Virus genome (UHGV): UHGV-0149711
Length of the DNA: 19,578 nt
Reading direction: 5' to 3' (one strand)
From: a virus
The notes beneath the pieces were generated by a model. That model did no database searches, was not told the DNA's origin, and saw nothing but the letters and a program-made list of their open reading frames with translations. Shown piece by piece: positions 1-9,919 of the stretch (position 1 is the stretch's first letter; the number at the start of each line of letters is the position of its first letter). The translations under genes and the position numbers were made by a program.

Positions 1-161
1 TGGTATTGCTTACGCCAGAGAAATAACTGGCTGGCTGCTACACCATGTTGCCGGGCAACGAGGGAGACCGTCATCCCTGGTTCAAAGCTCTGCTGAACAA
101 TTGCGATCTTTTCCTGTGTGGTACGCCGTCTGCGTTTCTCCGGTCCTAAGACATCAATCAT
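1..161 (-). CDS. insC: IS2 transposase OrfA (InsC), N-terminal fragment; 3' end lies outside the window
   Basis: ATG at 161..159 on the minus strand. My translation: [53 protein letters not shown]..., which matches the IS2 InsC N-terminus as recalled. It is not in the ORF track because it is partial. Confidence 0.85.
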
Positions 162-252
162 CTGCTCTCCAATGACTAGTCTAAAAACTAGTATTAAGAC
201 TATCACTTAAATAAGTGATATTGGTTGTCTGGTGATTCAGGGGGCCAGTCTA
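1..252 (-). mobile_element. IS2 insertion sequence, left end (partial; continues beyond window start)
   Basis: The reverse complement of 170-252 reads TAGACTGGCCCCCTGAATC...CAATATCACTTA(T)TTAAGTGATAGTCTTAATACTAGTTTTTAGACTAGTCATTGGAGAGCAGATGATTGATGTC, which matches the IS2 left terminal inverted repeat and orfA leader as I recall them. The element boundary is at 252/253. Confidence 0.88.
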
Positions 253-2029
253 CCGGGGTTTTTACCTTCAGTGTTTCATCCGATGTGCTTATTGTGCCCG
301 TGGCAGCATACACAACAGACCATCTATGTGATGTATATCCTAATACAGTCGTATTGTCTGCATCAGGCATGAATCCATTGTACCCGCCAATCTTAAAGTC
401 GCCGCTTGGGTTTCCTGGTGACAATTTACCGTCATAACTCGATAATGTTACCCCCTTTGTACCAGTAGTCGTAGTGAGCAGGATACCTGAATTAGTGGCA
501 CCAAGAATCTGTATTTCACTATTATCGTTGCGTAAGTCCTGAACAGGAGCCTCTAGTACAGATGAGGTAATTTTCCATTTTGTGTCAGAATAAAGCTCGG
601 CCGGAGATGAGTCGTCAGGCTGAATAATAAGCGCCCCTTTACCACTAGAACGCCTACGGCATCCAGTAACGTTTTTCTGGTCTGGGTCCATATTTGAGCT
701 AACAAGAACCCCGTCAAACTGGGATATGCTTTCATAACTGTTAGCACCTTGACGCTGTGCGTTCTCAGTTAGATACACCCATGACCAGTCAAAGTGGTTT
801 TCATAGGTTTTCACATTAAAATCAATCTGATACGGACGAGTACACAACTCGCCAAAAAATCCACGGAAGTGTATATTACCTGCCACTGATGTATCACTGT
901 TCACCGTCTTAACAATACGCACTGCGCATGGCACGTCTGCAGGCCAAGTACCTAGAGTGATATTCTCAGCGTGACCACCAAATACGCGCAAAGTGTCGGT
1001 AGACTCAATCCAAAAGCTACAATTTCCCGTAGCATGATGAGGGTTATATATATGGATGCGCGTATTATTATTATCGCCACTGACGCTGCGTTCAAAATAA
1101 AACCCGCAGTCTACACGCTCAAAGTTAGGGTTCATAATTGAGTGGTAGTATGAGCCGCTGTTTTCACCTGATACTGTTGGTCCCGGCTTGAATTTCAGTC
1201 CGACTTTTACTCCCCTTGCGCGTGGATTCTCCATTACACAAAATTGCTGTGACACACGCATGGTGACCTGAGATTCGTCTTCAGGAGCAATGGCGTAGGC
1301 AATAACGTCAGAGTAGTTATCTGGGTTAATTACTACAGGATTGATTATGTGGCAGAAATCATGGCTCATTCTTAAACATGTAATTCCCGAGTCTCCTGCT
1401 ACGATTGTTGTACCAGTAAAATCAATATACCGTGTAGATGTAACATCCTGTGTATACGAGCCATCGAACTTCATTACAAGACTTTGTGTTATGCGATATC
1501 TCGCACCTACTCTCCCTGTTAATTTACCAAAAGGTATTCCTTCGAGCCATGCTAATGCTGATAACATAGATGTGGTGTCGTCAACAATCCCATCACCAAT
1601 TGCCCCAAACTCTTCAAATGTTTTAATGGCTGTCGCCCGATGCGCTATCTGATCAATTGTTGAGCCATATTTTGTTAGACTCTGCCTTAGCTGATCAGGA
1701 TCATACTTCAGCACGTTTGGAAAATAGAACTGCTGTGCACCATACGCATCATAAACAGCCATAGAATGACCTTGCACCGTAACAAACTTGGCAATCTGTC
1801 CGTTATATACAGGGTAACCAGCAGAATTGATAATGATTGGTTGCGAAACAGGAATGTGAGATCCGTCTTCGTTCTCTACATAAACCTGAATCTGGTTTTC
1901 AGGATTTACCGGGTCAGTATCAATTTTACCGATATAAATTTTGCCATTGGCTACGGCTTTAAAAGAACGCGCCATAGTGAAGAGTTGCGAAGGCATACTC
2001 ACTACAACATTGGCTGTAATGTCTGTCAT
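203..2029 (-). CDS. Tailspike protein (P22 gp9-type N-terminal head-binding domain, divergent receptor-binding domain); 3' end truncated and fused to IS2
   Basis: The N-terminus [17 protein letters not shown]...[20 protein letters not shown]...[14 protein letters not shown]...NVLKYDPDQ is the conserved P22-family tailspike head-binding domain. SD (AGGAG) lies 8 nt upstream of the ATG at 2029. Native coding stops at about 254; residues [16 protein letters not shown] and the stop are encoded by the IS2 terminal repeat. Confidence 0.88.
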
Positions 2030-2193
2030 TTAATTTGCTCCTGACGTAGCAACGCCGAACAAGATGCAACTTGCCCGACATTGCATTAATGTAAGTTATG
2101 ATTTGTTAACTATGAGATGAGTCTATGCAAAAAGATCTGTTGAATATTGCGTTCTACATATTTGGTTTTTGCACGTTCCTGGTGTTTGCGAAG

Positions 2194-4587
2194 CTATTCT
2201 GACAACGCATCAGACTTAGCCCCCTGAGTCAGGGCGTTAATGGCCTTTTGTGCCTGCTGCATGGCTTTCTCGAACGCTGTTGATCCGCGTGGGGTATTTG
2301 CCATTCGGAGCATTGCATTTCTGAATGGTTCGCTCTCATAGGCGCGAGTAAGAAGTCCGTAGCTTACTGCTGCGCCAGTTGTCGCCGGGTTCATTGCCGT
2401 CCCATATCCGATAATGAACGGGATGGTTTGCTGCCCTGTTGGTGTTGTTACTGCCGCTTTTGCAGCCTGTTGCGTTGATTGCAGGTAGCTTTTCAATCCT
2501 TTCAGATAAGCAGCATCCTGACCTTTAAATGTGATGCCAGTCTGGTTTTGCAGGATGTTAAGCTGTCGAATGAACTGGTCAGGGGAACCACCTGATTTCT
2601 CCATCGCCTTTCCAATGATGCCATTGCGCATTTGCGCCCTACCAACACGACCAACTGAGTTATACAGAGTCTTAATTTCCGATTTGTTCTTGCTGAATAG
2701 CATGTTGTTGACAACTTCCGGCGTCAAGTCGCCTTTCATGAGAACATTCTTCAGCCTGGTATTCTTTAGTTTCGCCGCTTCGTCAGCGTAGACGGCATTG
2801 GCCTGCTGATATTTACGGAGAGTATCGTTGCCAAGATTCTGACCAATGGCACCATTGATATCGTCTGTCATCGCCTTGTAAACGCGCTGAATGGCAGCAT
2901 CGGAACGGTTTGGTAACACTGGTCGCTCACCCTTCACGTCCATTCTGAACTGGCTGCGCAGGTCGCTTAATTGCTTCAAATCCAGATTTACCGGACCATC
3001 AGGGCCAGCATTGCGAACAAGCTCATCACGATATGACTGAAGTTTTGAAATAGTCTCGTTATCAGCGACCTTACCAAGCTTCTGCAGGTTAGATATTTCT
3101 GTATCAATCTGCTGAATTGCTCGTGCAGGCTGAATGTTTACTCCTGCCATAGCATTCTGAACCTGCTCCAGTCGATTACCTGCAGCACGACGAATTCCTG
3201 ATGTTTTCGCTTTAAGGCTGTCAATAACAACAGCTGGATCATACTCACCGAATTTATCAGCAAATCTCTGCACCAACTGGCTTCTCGCTTCCTGTTGCGT
3301 TGCTCTCATTCCGCTTGTGCCGGCCAGGGGGATATTTTCCGCTGTCGTCTGCGCCATTTTCCCGACGCGGGAAGTAGGCTGTAACAGGTCTGTGGTGTGC
3401 AGAGGAACTCCTTCACGCTCTGCAAATCTGATAGCCTGCTGCGCTTCTGGCGCAATAGCACCACGAACGCCACGATAAGCAGCACCTAATCCACGTCCGG
3501 CAGCGTTAATAGCACCGCCAGCCAGCACACCAACGCCTAAATCGGTGGCGAGTGCTTCCGCATCATCTTTCGCACTATTTGCAGCAAGTGATCCAACTGC
3601 GTTTTCAGCGAGAAGACGAGTTGCCCCCTGAGCAATTCGCCCAGCAAGTGTTGGTGCCTGTGCTGCCGCTCTCTCAACGCCAGCAGGAGTGAGGTAAGGC
3701 AATGCTTCAGCAAATACCCTTCCCTCTGTCGTTTGTGGAGTCAGCGCGCCTTGCTGAAGGCCAAAGTCCTGCTCTAATCCCTGCGTTGTTACTCGTGGCG
3801 CTGGTTGATATGTACCATCGCCAATGCCGAGTTTACCGCCAGCCCAAGCCGCCGCGCTTGTTACAGCATCAGTGAGTTCAGCAGGTATGTTCGCTACGTT
3901 GATTCCTGCCTGTAGTAAGCCGCGCCCGGTTTCAGCAAGTCCATTACCAAGGTCAGACATTATTCCGCCTTGTTGCTGAACAGGTTTCGGTGCGACAGAA
4001 CTTACGGGTTGAGGTGGCTGCTGACTGGCTGCCTGCTGCTCAATCTGAGCAAATGGATTATTTGGGTCTGACTGCACACCTGATGCCGATACTTGTTCGG
4101 ATGACTGTACTTCCAGTTGTGCAAACGGGTTGTTAGGGTCTTGCTGAGGATGTACCTTTGCAGAGGTGGCGCGCTGTTCGACTGTTGAGTCTGTCACCGG
4201 GTCACCCGCCCATTGAGCAAAGCGATCATCAACGTAACCGCGGCCTTCAGGTCCTGGCGTATATTCACCACGCTTTGCCTTCATAACGTTGCCGGGACCG
4301 TCGTGATAAGCCTGAAGAGCGTCACGCCAGTTACCAAACTGCTGGTACATCTTTGCCAGATAGCGCGCGCCAGCGTCAGCCTGATATTCGGGGTTTTGCA
4401 TTTGCTCATCGGTATAACCCATATCACGCCATGTCCCAGGCATGACCTGAGTCAATCCTACAGCCCCGGCGGAGCTTACTGCGGCAGGGTTGTAAGAAGA
4501 CTCCTTGGCACCCAGTGCAGTCATCAACCCTTCTGGCACACCGTAACGTGCGCCAGCCTGCTCTAACAAATCACGGTAATTAGCCAT
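2194..4587 (-). CDS. Ejection (injection) protein, gp16-position, with N-terminal family-1 lytic transglycosylase (SLT) domain
   Basis: 797 aa. The N-terminal motifs GAKESSYNP...AGAVGLTQVMPGTW...Y are a canonical SLT signature. It starts at a TAAATG junction with the upstream ejection protein gene and is the last gene before the tailspike, as in P22 gene order. Confidence 0.85.
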   Translation of the reverse strand: MANYRDLLEQAGARYGVPEGLMTALGAKESSYNPAAVSSAGAVGLTQVMPGTWRDMGYTDEQMQNPEYQADAGARYLAKMYQQFGNWRDALQAYHDGPGNVMKAKRGEYTPGPEGRGYVDDRFAQWAGDPVTDSTVEQRATSAKVHPQQDPNNPFAQLEVQSSEQVSASGVQSDPNNPFAQIEQQAASQQPPQPVSSVAPKPVQQQGGIMSDLGNGLAETGRGLLQAGINVANIPAELTDAVTSAAAWAGGKLGIGDGTYQPAPRVTTQGLEQDFGLQQGALTPQTTEGRVFAEALPYLTPAGVERAAAQAPTLAGRIAQGATRLLAENAVGSLAANSAKDDAEALATDLGVGVLAGGAINAAGRGLGAAYRGVRGAIAPEAQQAIRFAEREGVPLHTTDLLQPTSRVGKMAQTTAENIPLAGTSGMRATQQEARSQLVQRFADKFGEYDPAVVIDSLKAKTSGIRRAAGNRLEQVQNAMAGVNIQPARAIQQIDTEISNLQKLGKVADNETISKLQSYRDELVRNAGPDGPVNLDLKQLSDLRSQFRMDVKGERPVLPNRSDAAIQRVYKAMTDDINGAIGQNLGNDTLRKYQQANAVYADEAAKLKNTRLKNVLMKGDLTPEVVNNMLFSKNKSEIKTLYNSVGRVGRAQMRNGIIGKAMEKSGGSPDQFIRQLNILQNQTGITFKGQDAAYLKGLKSYLQSTQQAAKAAVTTPTGQQTIPFIIGYGTAMNPATTGAAVSYGLLTRAYESEPFRNAMLRMANTPRGSTAFEKAMQQAQKAINALTQGAKSDALSE

Positions 4588-5919
4588 TTACTGCCCCAAA
4601 GATGGAAGATATCCGTAGCGATTAATGAAGTCGATTGACAGCTCGGGGTGCTGCTTCAGGTAATCTATAGAAGCCTGAGGCGCTTCCACTCGCTTGATAC
4701 CGTTTTGCTGAACGTACTTACCAACCGCCTCATTACGCTTCTGGTTGAGCGTGTTCAGGATGACGCCAGCGTTGCGACGAAAGGACTCCTCGCTCTGCGA
4801 GTTCTGCAGCGAACCAACAGCCTGGTCGAGCTTTTTGCCCTCGGCATCAGAAAGTGCGCCCATGCCTCGCATGGCCTGAACCGCTGTCAGGTATGCTTGT
4901 GATTTAAAGGTATCAAGTCGTGCCTGAGTGTCTGCAGCCTGTGAGCCTGGAACGTTGGGGATTACTCCACGTAAGCCTGTAATGCTCTTAAGTGAAGGAG
5001 AACTAACGATATCGTTCAGAGTGAACATGCTGGTTGTGAGGGTGTTGATGCCGTCTTTGTAGCCATCATTTAGCGCTTGCTGCTTCTGCTGCAACTGCTG
5101 GTTGTTGGCTGCTATGCGGCTCTGTATTTCCTGGCGCTTCAGGTCGTTAGTTTCTGCTGATAGCATCCGGTCAAGGCGCTTATTTTCGTTGTTAATGCGG
5201 TTTGTTTCTGCGTCCAGATTAATGCGCTGCTGACCTAAATTCGCCTGGATATCTTGTCCGCGCATTGTGATTGCCTGATTCCGAGCGGCGGTTTGCGAAT
5301 CCAGATCCTGACCGCGCATGGTAACCTGGCGACCCTGCATTTTATCCTGTAGGTCAAAGTATTTTTCGGGCCCGAGACTGTTCATCCCCAGGTGATCGAC
5401 AAATTCGCCGAACTGCCGCGGGTTCTGTTGGTACATCTGAGCGACGTCATGAGGATTAACGCCAACACGAGCTAACTCACCGGCGTTGTTTTGCAGCCAT
5501 GATTGCATTGCTTCTGGAGAAGATGACGCAAGACGTGCGCCAGCCGCTAATGTACCGATAGAATTACGCTGGTCTTCATCAATGAATCCCATGCCTTTAC
5601 GAACGGATTCAATCTGGTCTGGATATTGAGTAGCCAACTGACGCAAAGCACCGCGATCACCAGAAGCATAAGCATTAGCGTATGCCTGCTGAAATTCTTT
5701 CTGCCGCTGAGCCTGCTTTTCCTGCTGAAACACCCCTGCAATACCTGAAAGACCTTGCAAAGCAGTCAGCCCAACATTGTTAGCGCCTGAACGCTCAATA
5801 TCATTGTTCTGCCTGATAAGCTGAAGCGTATTGCCGATGTCATTTACGCTCGGAGCGTTTGAGTTGACGCCGCCGATACCAGCTAACAATCCGCCATTTG
5901 ATCCTTGCCAAGTAGCCAT
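4588..5919 (-). CDS. Ejection protein, P22 gp20-like
   Basis: 443 aa, Gln/Ala-rich with internal repeats (TMRGQD x2). It sits between the gp7-like and gp16-position genes, with its stop directly abutting the next start. Confidence 0.78.
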   Translation of the reverse strand: MATWQGSNGGLLAGIGGVNSNAPSVNDIGNTLQLIRQNNDIERSGANNVGLTALQGLSGIAGVFQQEKQAQRQKEFQQAYANAYASGDRGALRQLATQYPDQIESVRKGMGFIDEDQRNSIGTLAAGARLASSSPEAMQSWLQNNAGELARVGVNPHDVAQMYQQNPRQFGEFVDHLGMNSLGPEKYFDLQDKMQGRQVTMRGQDLDSQTAARNQAITMRGQDIQANLGQQRINLDAETNRINNENKRLDRMLSAETNDLKRQEIQSRIAANNQQLQQKQQALNDGYKDGINTLTTSMFTLNDIVSSPSLKSITGLRGVIPNVPGSQAADTQARLDTFKSQAYLTAVQAMRGMGALSDAEGKKLDQAVGSLQNSQSEESFRRNAGVILNTLNQKRNEAVGKYVQQNGIKRVEAPQASIDYLKQHPELSIDFINRYGYLPSLGQ

Positions 5920-5928
5920 GATTACCCC

Positions 5929-6621
5929 TTAAAACAACGAGCCAAGCAATCCGATACCAGCACCAATGCCAGCGCCCCAAGGTGTTGATGTTCCCAAAAG
6001 GCTGGCAAGACCTGCACCGGCAATCGCACCAGATGTTCCGCCACTAATTGCAGTCTGAAGACTTGATGGTTTATTGGCATTAGCAGCGGCAAGAGCTGCG
6101 CTTTGCTGTGCAATGCTGCTCATGTTGTTGGCGTATGTCTGCCCGGCGTTTGCCTGACCTTGCAGCGCACCAAGCCCAACGTTTGCCAGATTGTTGTAAT
6201 TGCTCATCTGATTTGATAACCAAGACTGACCGAGTGTCGGCGCGATCGTAGCCAGTTGATTGCTTGTGGCTGTCGAACCAAGTCCACCCGTCGCCTCCGC
6301 AGCAGCAAGACTCTGGTAACGCGCCTGCCCTGCAAGGTCTTTATACTGCTGAGAGTTGTAATACTGATTAAGTGCCTGCCCCTGACCTTCTAAACTGGAA
6401 AGGTTCTGAAGCTGGTTAACATACTGCTCCGCAAGAGGCGTGAACGGAGCAAGGTTTTTCATGATCGTCTGCCACTGCTGATTTTGCAGATCTGCAGCAT
6501 ACTTCTGAGCTTCTGCTGCATACTTTGCGCTTTTATCAGAACTGCCACCTTTCCCGCCTTTTTCAGGGCAATAAGGTTCCTCGCCGCGCAGCTTTCTGCC
6601 CAGCTTAAATGCATATAACAT
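5929..6621 (-). CDS. Ejection protein, P22 gp7-like
   Basis: 230 aa. The N-terminus MLYAFKLGRKLRGEEPYCPEKGGKGGSSDKSAKYAAEA matches P22 gp7 as recalled, with a Gly/Ala-rich C-terminus. Position is conserved. Confidence 0.88.
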   Translation of the reverse strand: MLYAFKLGRKLRGEEPYCPEKGGKGGSSDKSAKYAAEAQKYAADLQNQQWQTIMKNLAPFTPLAEQYVNQLQNLSSLEGQGQALNQYYNSQQYKDLAGQARYQSLAAAEATGGLGSTATSNQLATIAPTLGQSWLSNQMSNYNNLANVGLGALQGQANAGQTYANNMSSIAQQSAALAAANANKPSSLQTAISGGTSGAIAGAGLASLLGTSTPWGAGIGAGIGLLGSLF

Positions 6622-6623
6622 GG

Positions 6624-7079
6624 CTATCTCCCGTGATTCAGGAAGTCGATTAGTTCTTCGCGTGTGGCGCTGTAAAAAGTCACGTCATCCACGCCCTTGA
6701 AGTATTTCTTGATGGTTCCGACACGCTTAAGGCCAATCATTGCGCAGTACATCTGCCCGTGGCGGAATTTGCGTGCAGCGAACGATGTGACGCACTGAAC
6801 GGTGGTGTTAGTCAGAATGTATCGCCAGAACGCCAGCCCGATCTCCTTGCTGAATCCACGAACCTCTGGCAGGTACATGGCGTGGCAATCGAATGTCAGC
6901 GGCTGAATCTCCTGATAGTAAACAATGCCGCCGAACTGCCCGTGCACGTTCACCTCAAAGTAACGGCATTCAGGTTTGTAGTCGTATCCATCACCGTTGT
7001 TGCTCCCGGCGATAATGTCAGGGTGATTTCCTACGGCTTCTATCAGGTCGATGTTTCGCGTTGGTTTGAATGTAATCAT
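6624..7079 (-). CDS. P22 gp14-position protein
   Basis: 151 aa ORF between the needle gene and the gp7-like gene, translationally coupled (1-nt overlap with the upstream gene). Assigned by synteny; I cannot recall the P22 gp14 sequence to compare. Confidence 0.65.
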   Translation of the reverse strand: MITFKPTRNIDLIEAVGNHPDIIAGSNNGDGYDYKPECRYFEVNVHGQFGGIVYYQEIQPLTFDCHAMYLPEVRGFSKEIGLAFWRYILTNTTVQCVTSFAARKFRHGQMYCAMIGLKRVGTIKKYFKGVDDVTFYSATREELIDFLNHGR

Positions 7080-7780
7080 CAGTCAATAAGCCCATGTAAT
7101 CTAAGTGCCGTTTCAAGCGCCAGAATACGCTGCCGCGCCTGCTGCAAACCTGTAGCGAGTGCTGCGACTTCGGATTGTGTGTACGTAGTGCCGACTGTGT
7201 ATGACTGGTTAGCGTTGAATGAGCCAAGAAGAGGTGTACCTGTGGCTGCAGTCCATCCGGTATTTCTTGCTCCAATAACCTGAATTCCATCAACTGAATA
7301 TGATGTTTTTACATCCAGCGGTGACGCAAGAGACTGCGATTCGGTTACGGTTTTCGATACGTAATCACTCTTAATGTCAGATACATCGCTTTCTATGCCA
7401 TCCAGTCTTTGGTCAACAGTGACCAGATGCGCCTGAATAGCGATAACCTCATCCAGCAAGTAATCAACATCGCTACGCAGTACGACTATCTTCCCTTCGG
7501 CGGTTGTTAACCTGACCTCAAGGAGATTTATCGCTTTTGTGTTTGCGGTGATTCTTGCATCGTGGTCAGCCAGTTCGACATCCTGTTCATCGTTTTTCAC
7601 CTGAGCATCGTAAGCGCCCTGTCCGGCCTCGTTGGCCTTGTTAGCCACGTTACCAACATCAGTACCCTGTGCGATAACGTAAAGCAGGTAAGACTGGCTG
7701 AATATATTGCGTGGAAGGATTGATGTATCGAGCCGCGTCGCCTGCACAATAACAGGGGTGTTGAGATTCGAATCAGCCAT
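7079..7780 (-). CDS. Tail needle protein (P22 gp26-like)
   Basis: 233 aa. [43 protein letters not shown]...[24 protein letters not shown]... and the C-terminal ...LRLHGLID match P22 gp26 as recalled. Confidence 0.92.
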   Translation of the reverse strand: MADSNLNTPVIVQATRLDTSILPRNIFSQSYLLYVIAQGTDVGNVANKANEAGQGAYDAQVKNDEQDVELADHDARITANTKAINLLEVRLTTAEGKIVVLRSDVDYLLDEVIAIQAHLVTVDQRLDGIESDVSDIKSDYVSKTVTESQSLASPLDVKTSYSVDGIQVIGARNTGWTAATGTPLLGSFNANQSYTVGTTYTQSEVAALATGLQQARQRILALETALRLHGLID

Positions 7781-9198
7781 TACTCAATCCTTATCTGGCA
7801 GCCTGACAGAGTGACAGGTGACTTCGTGATAACGCGCAATTTGAAGCCGACATTTTTCCTGATGCGCCCGACTCGCTTCCACAAAACGCGTTTGTCGTAA
7901 ACGAACGGTTCATTCTGTTCAATCATCTGCTCACGTCCGTAATTTATGCCGTCAGTGGTTGCAGAGAGGAACAGGCTGTCGGCGTACTGAGCAACGCCAG
8001 TTGAAGATTCAACTTCAAGGTCGAAAACTCTGGCGTTATCCGCTTTGAACAGAGGAGTAAACAGCAGGTGTTCCTGTTGCTTGTCGTACTGGCTGCTGAT
8101 ATCGAACTGCAGTTTCCCGGTAACAGATTCCAGCTTATCGCCGCACGTTATCTGATTGCCTTCGTAAATGAAGTCGATAGCGCGGTACACATCGTCATAC
8201 AGGCCTGTTTTCAACACACACCATTGCGGACCATTGGCGCTTGAAGATGCGTCGTACACCAGAACATGGCGCGGAAGATGGATAATCAGCAGCTCATGCG
8301 CATCAAATCGCAGAGACTCCATCACGCCATCAGCCAGTTCATCAGCAGTGTAGGAGCGTAGTATTTTCTCAATGCTCGCGCTGGCGATTGGTGATACCTG
8401 ACCGGAGCCGATGATGTACACAGACGGCGCACCTGTTGCCGGATTGCTGATGAACGCATAAGAATCAGCGAATGGCGTTTTGCAGTAAGTCCCGGCGATG
8501 CCTTTTTGCACCATCAGTGATGGCTGTGCGACATACAAAGCAGCACCAACGGTAGTTGATCCTGTCAGGGAAAAATATTCAATCGTCGATGAACCAAAGC
8601 AGACGATGAAGTCTCGCCATGTCCCGATACCGATGATACCGTCAGGCTGAGACTCGGCACGATATTGTGCGCTGTATCGGTCAGGATGTGATTCGTCTTC
8701 AAGGTCAGTGATAAACCATGAATCAGTGCCGTCTTTTGACCACGCATAACGCCCACGTAAGCGTGTAATGTCGCGGACTGAACCTAACTCATACTGCGTG
8801 AATCCGCTGTCTGTAGGCCAGTTTGAGACGGTTTTAACCGTACCATCATAGCGATACTCGACCAGTTGACCATTAACGCCTACAGCCTGTGATGTCCGAC
8901 CATGTGCCATTGATACGCGACCACTTCCGGCAACGTCACCGACTTCACTTTCGCCTTTGTAGAGCTTGCCACCACACACGCGATAAACAGCATTCTGCGC
9001 CATGTTGTACTCGACACCGCGCGATACACCATTCACATCAGAGCGTTTGGCAATGCCCGGGAATGAGCGAAGATATCCGCTGCTGTTGAGGATTTCTTTG
9101 GGTGTAGCCAGCATATTCACTGGCAGATAGTCGATATAGTCGGCGTTTCGAAAGTCTTTGCCGACACCTTTCATAAGCGGAAGTTGCTGAATCGGCAT
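7780..9198 (-). CDS. Tail accessory/hub protein (P22 gp10-like)
   Basis: 472 aa, the same length as P22 gp10, in the conserved position between gp4 and gp26, with 1-nt overlaps on both sides. Confidence 0.88.
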   Translation of the reverse strand: MPIQQLPLMKGVGKDFRNADYIDYLPVNMLATPKEILNSSGYLRSFPGIAKRSDVNGVSRGVEYNMAQNAVYRVCGGKLYKGESEVGDVAGSGRVSMAHGRTSQAVGVNGQLVEYRYDGTVKTVSNWPTDSGFTQYELGSVRDITRLRGRYAWSKDGTDSWFITDLEDESHPDRYSAQYRAESQPDGIIGIGTWRDFIVCFGSSTIEYFSLTGSTTVGAALYVAQPSLMVQKGIAGTYCKTPFADSYAFISNPATGAPSVYIIGSGQVSPIASASIEKILRSYTADELADGVMESLRFDAHELLIIHLPRHVLVYDASSSANGPQWCVLKTGLYDDVYRAIDFIYEGNQITCGDKLESVTGKLQFDISSQYDKQQEHLLFTPLFKADNARVFDLEVESSTGVAQYADSLFLSATTDGINYGREQMIEQNEPFVYDKRVLWKRVGRIRKNVGFKLRVITKSPVTLSGCQIRIE

Positions 9199-9698
9199 TA
9201 TTCGCTCCCGTTATCGCAAGGTTCCTTTCGGTGGAAGTAATTCCAACCGTTCCACTTCGCCAACTGATTACCGCTACCAACAGGCATACGGTTTGGATAA
9301 CCGGACTTACATTTAGCGGCTTTTGCTCTGTCCATTGCAGACAGTTTGACGAGTCGCTCTTTCCCGTATCTGGCAGTGGTTATAAGTTTTGCAGAGGCTT
9401 CCAGCGCATAATCTGGAGCAATGCGGCATGCAAGGTTGAAAATGACGGCATTGATAGCGTTATTTGATAAACCGTGCTCATCGCCAGGATCCGGAGCGAC
9501 ATCTGCATCAGCAAAAATGTAGCCAACGTTGATCCCAGGTGACGCATCACCGCCAAGCCATTCAGCCATCATCATTTCAAGGTCGTTGACGCTGTCTTCC
9601 ATAGACTGCGGTTCGACATCGGTTAACGTGGCATTTGATGCAACACCGAGCTTACGTAATGCTGCAAGGACTAAATCACCCTTCGTTGTCAGGTTCAT
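9198..9698 (-). CDS. Head-tail adaptor / tail accessory protein (P22 gp4-like)
   Basis: 166 aa. ...[42 protein letters not shown]...HGL...[14 protein letters not shown]... matches P22 gp4 as recalled. Confidence 0.9.
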   Translation of the reverse strand: MNLTTKGDLVLAALRKLGVASNATLTDVEPQSMEDSVNDLEMMMAEWLGGDASPGINVGYIFADADVAPDPGDEHGLSNNAINAVIFNLACRIAPDYALEASAKLITTARYGKERLVKLSAMDRAKAAKCKSGYPNRMPVGSGNQLAKWNGWNYFHRKEPCDNGSE

Positions 9699-9906
9699 CT
9701 GCTGCCGCCTTAGGTTTTCGACCAGGCTTTTTACGCTGTTTTTCTTCTAGCTCTGGCTCTGCAACATCCTTCAAAAGGTCATCAGGATGTGAAAACCAGC
9801 CAGCATCCAGATATTCCTGAAGCTCTTCGGCTTTCACGATTTCAAAGTCGTATCCAACGCCTTTCCATTCCTTCATGTCTCCATGACGAAAGATCATGTG
9901 TGTCAT
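9676..9906 (-). CDS. Small acidic hypothetical protein between the coat and gp4 genes
   Basis: The track ORF 9676..10086 overlaps the coat gene; I trimmed it to the internal ATG at 9906, which has a GGAGA SD 5-6 nt upstream and lies just after the coat-gene terminator hairpin. 76 aa: [38 protein letters not shown]... Confidence 0.5.
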   Translation of the reverse strand: MTHMIFRHGDMKEWKGVGYDFEIVKAEELQEYLDAGWFSHPDDLLKDVAEPELEEKQRKKPGRKPKAAADEPDNEG

Positions 9907-9919
9907 GCTTGTCTCCAGA

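Noticed and set aside
225-437. Plus-strand 70-aa ORF
   Set aside because: It lies antisense across the IS2 end and the tailspike 3' region, and I saw no start-site support or recognisable protein features.
1341-1652. Plus-strand 103-aa ORF
   Set aside because: It is antisense to the tailspike gene, which has strong homology support.
4213-4566. Plus-strand 117-aa ORF
   Set aside because: It lies entirely antisense within the SLT-domain ejection protein gene.
6759-7283. Plus-strand 174-aa ORF
   Set aside because: It is antisense to the gp14-like and needle genes and has low-complexity composition.
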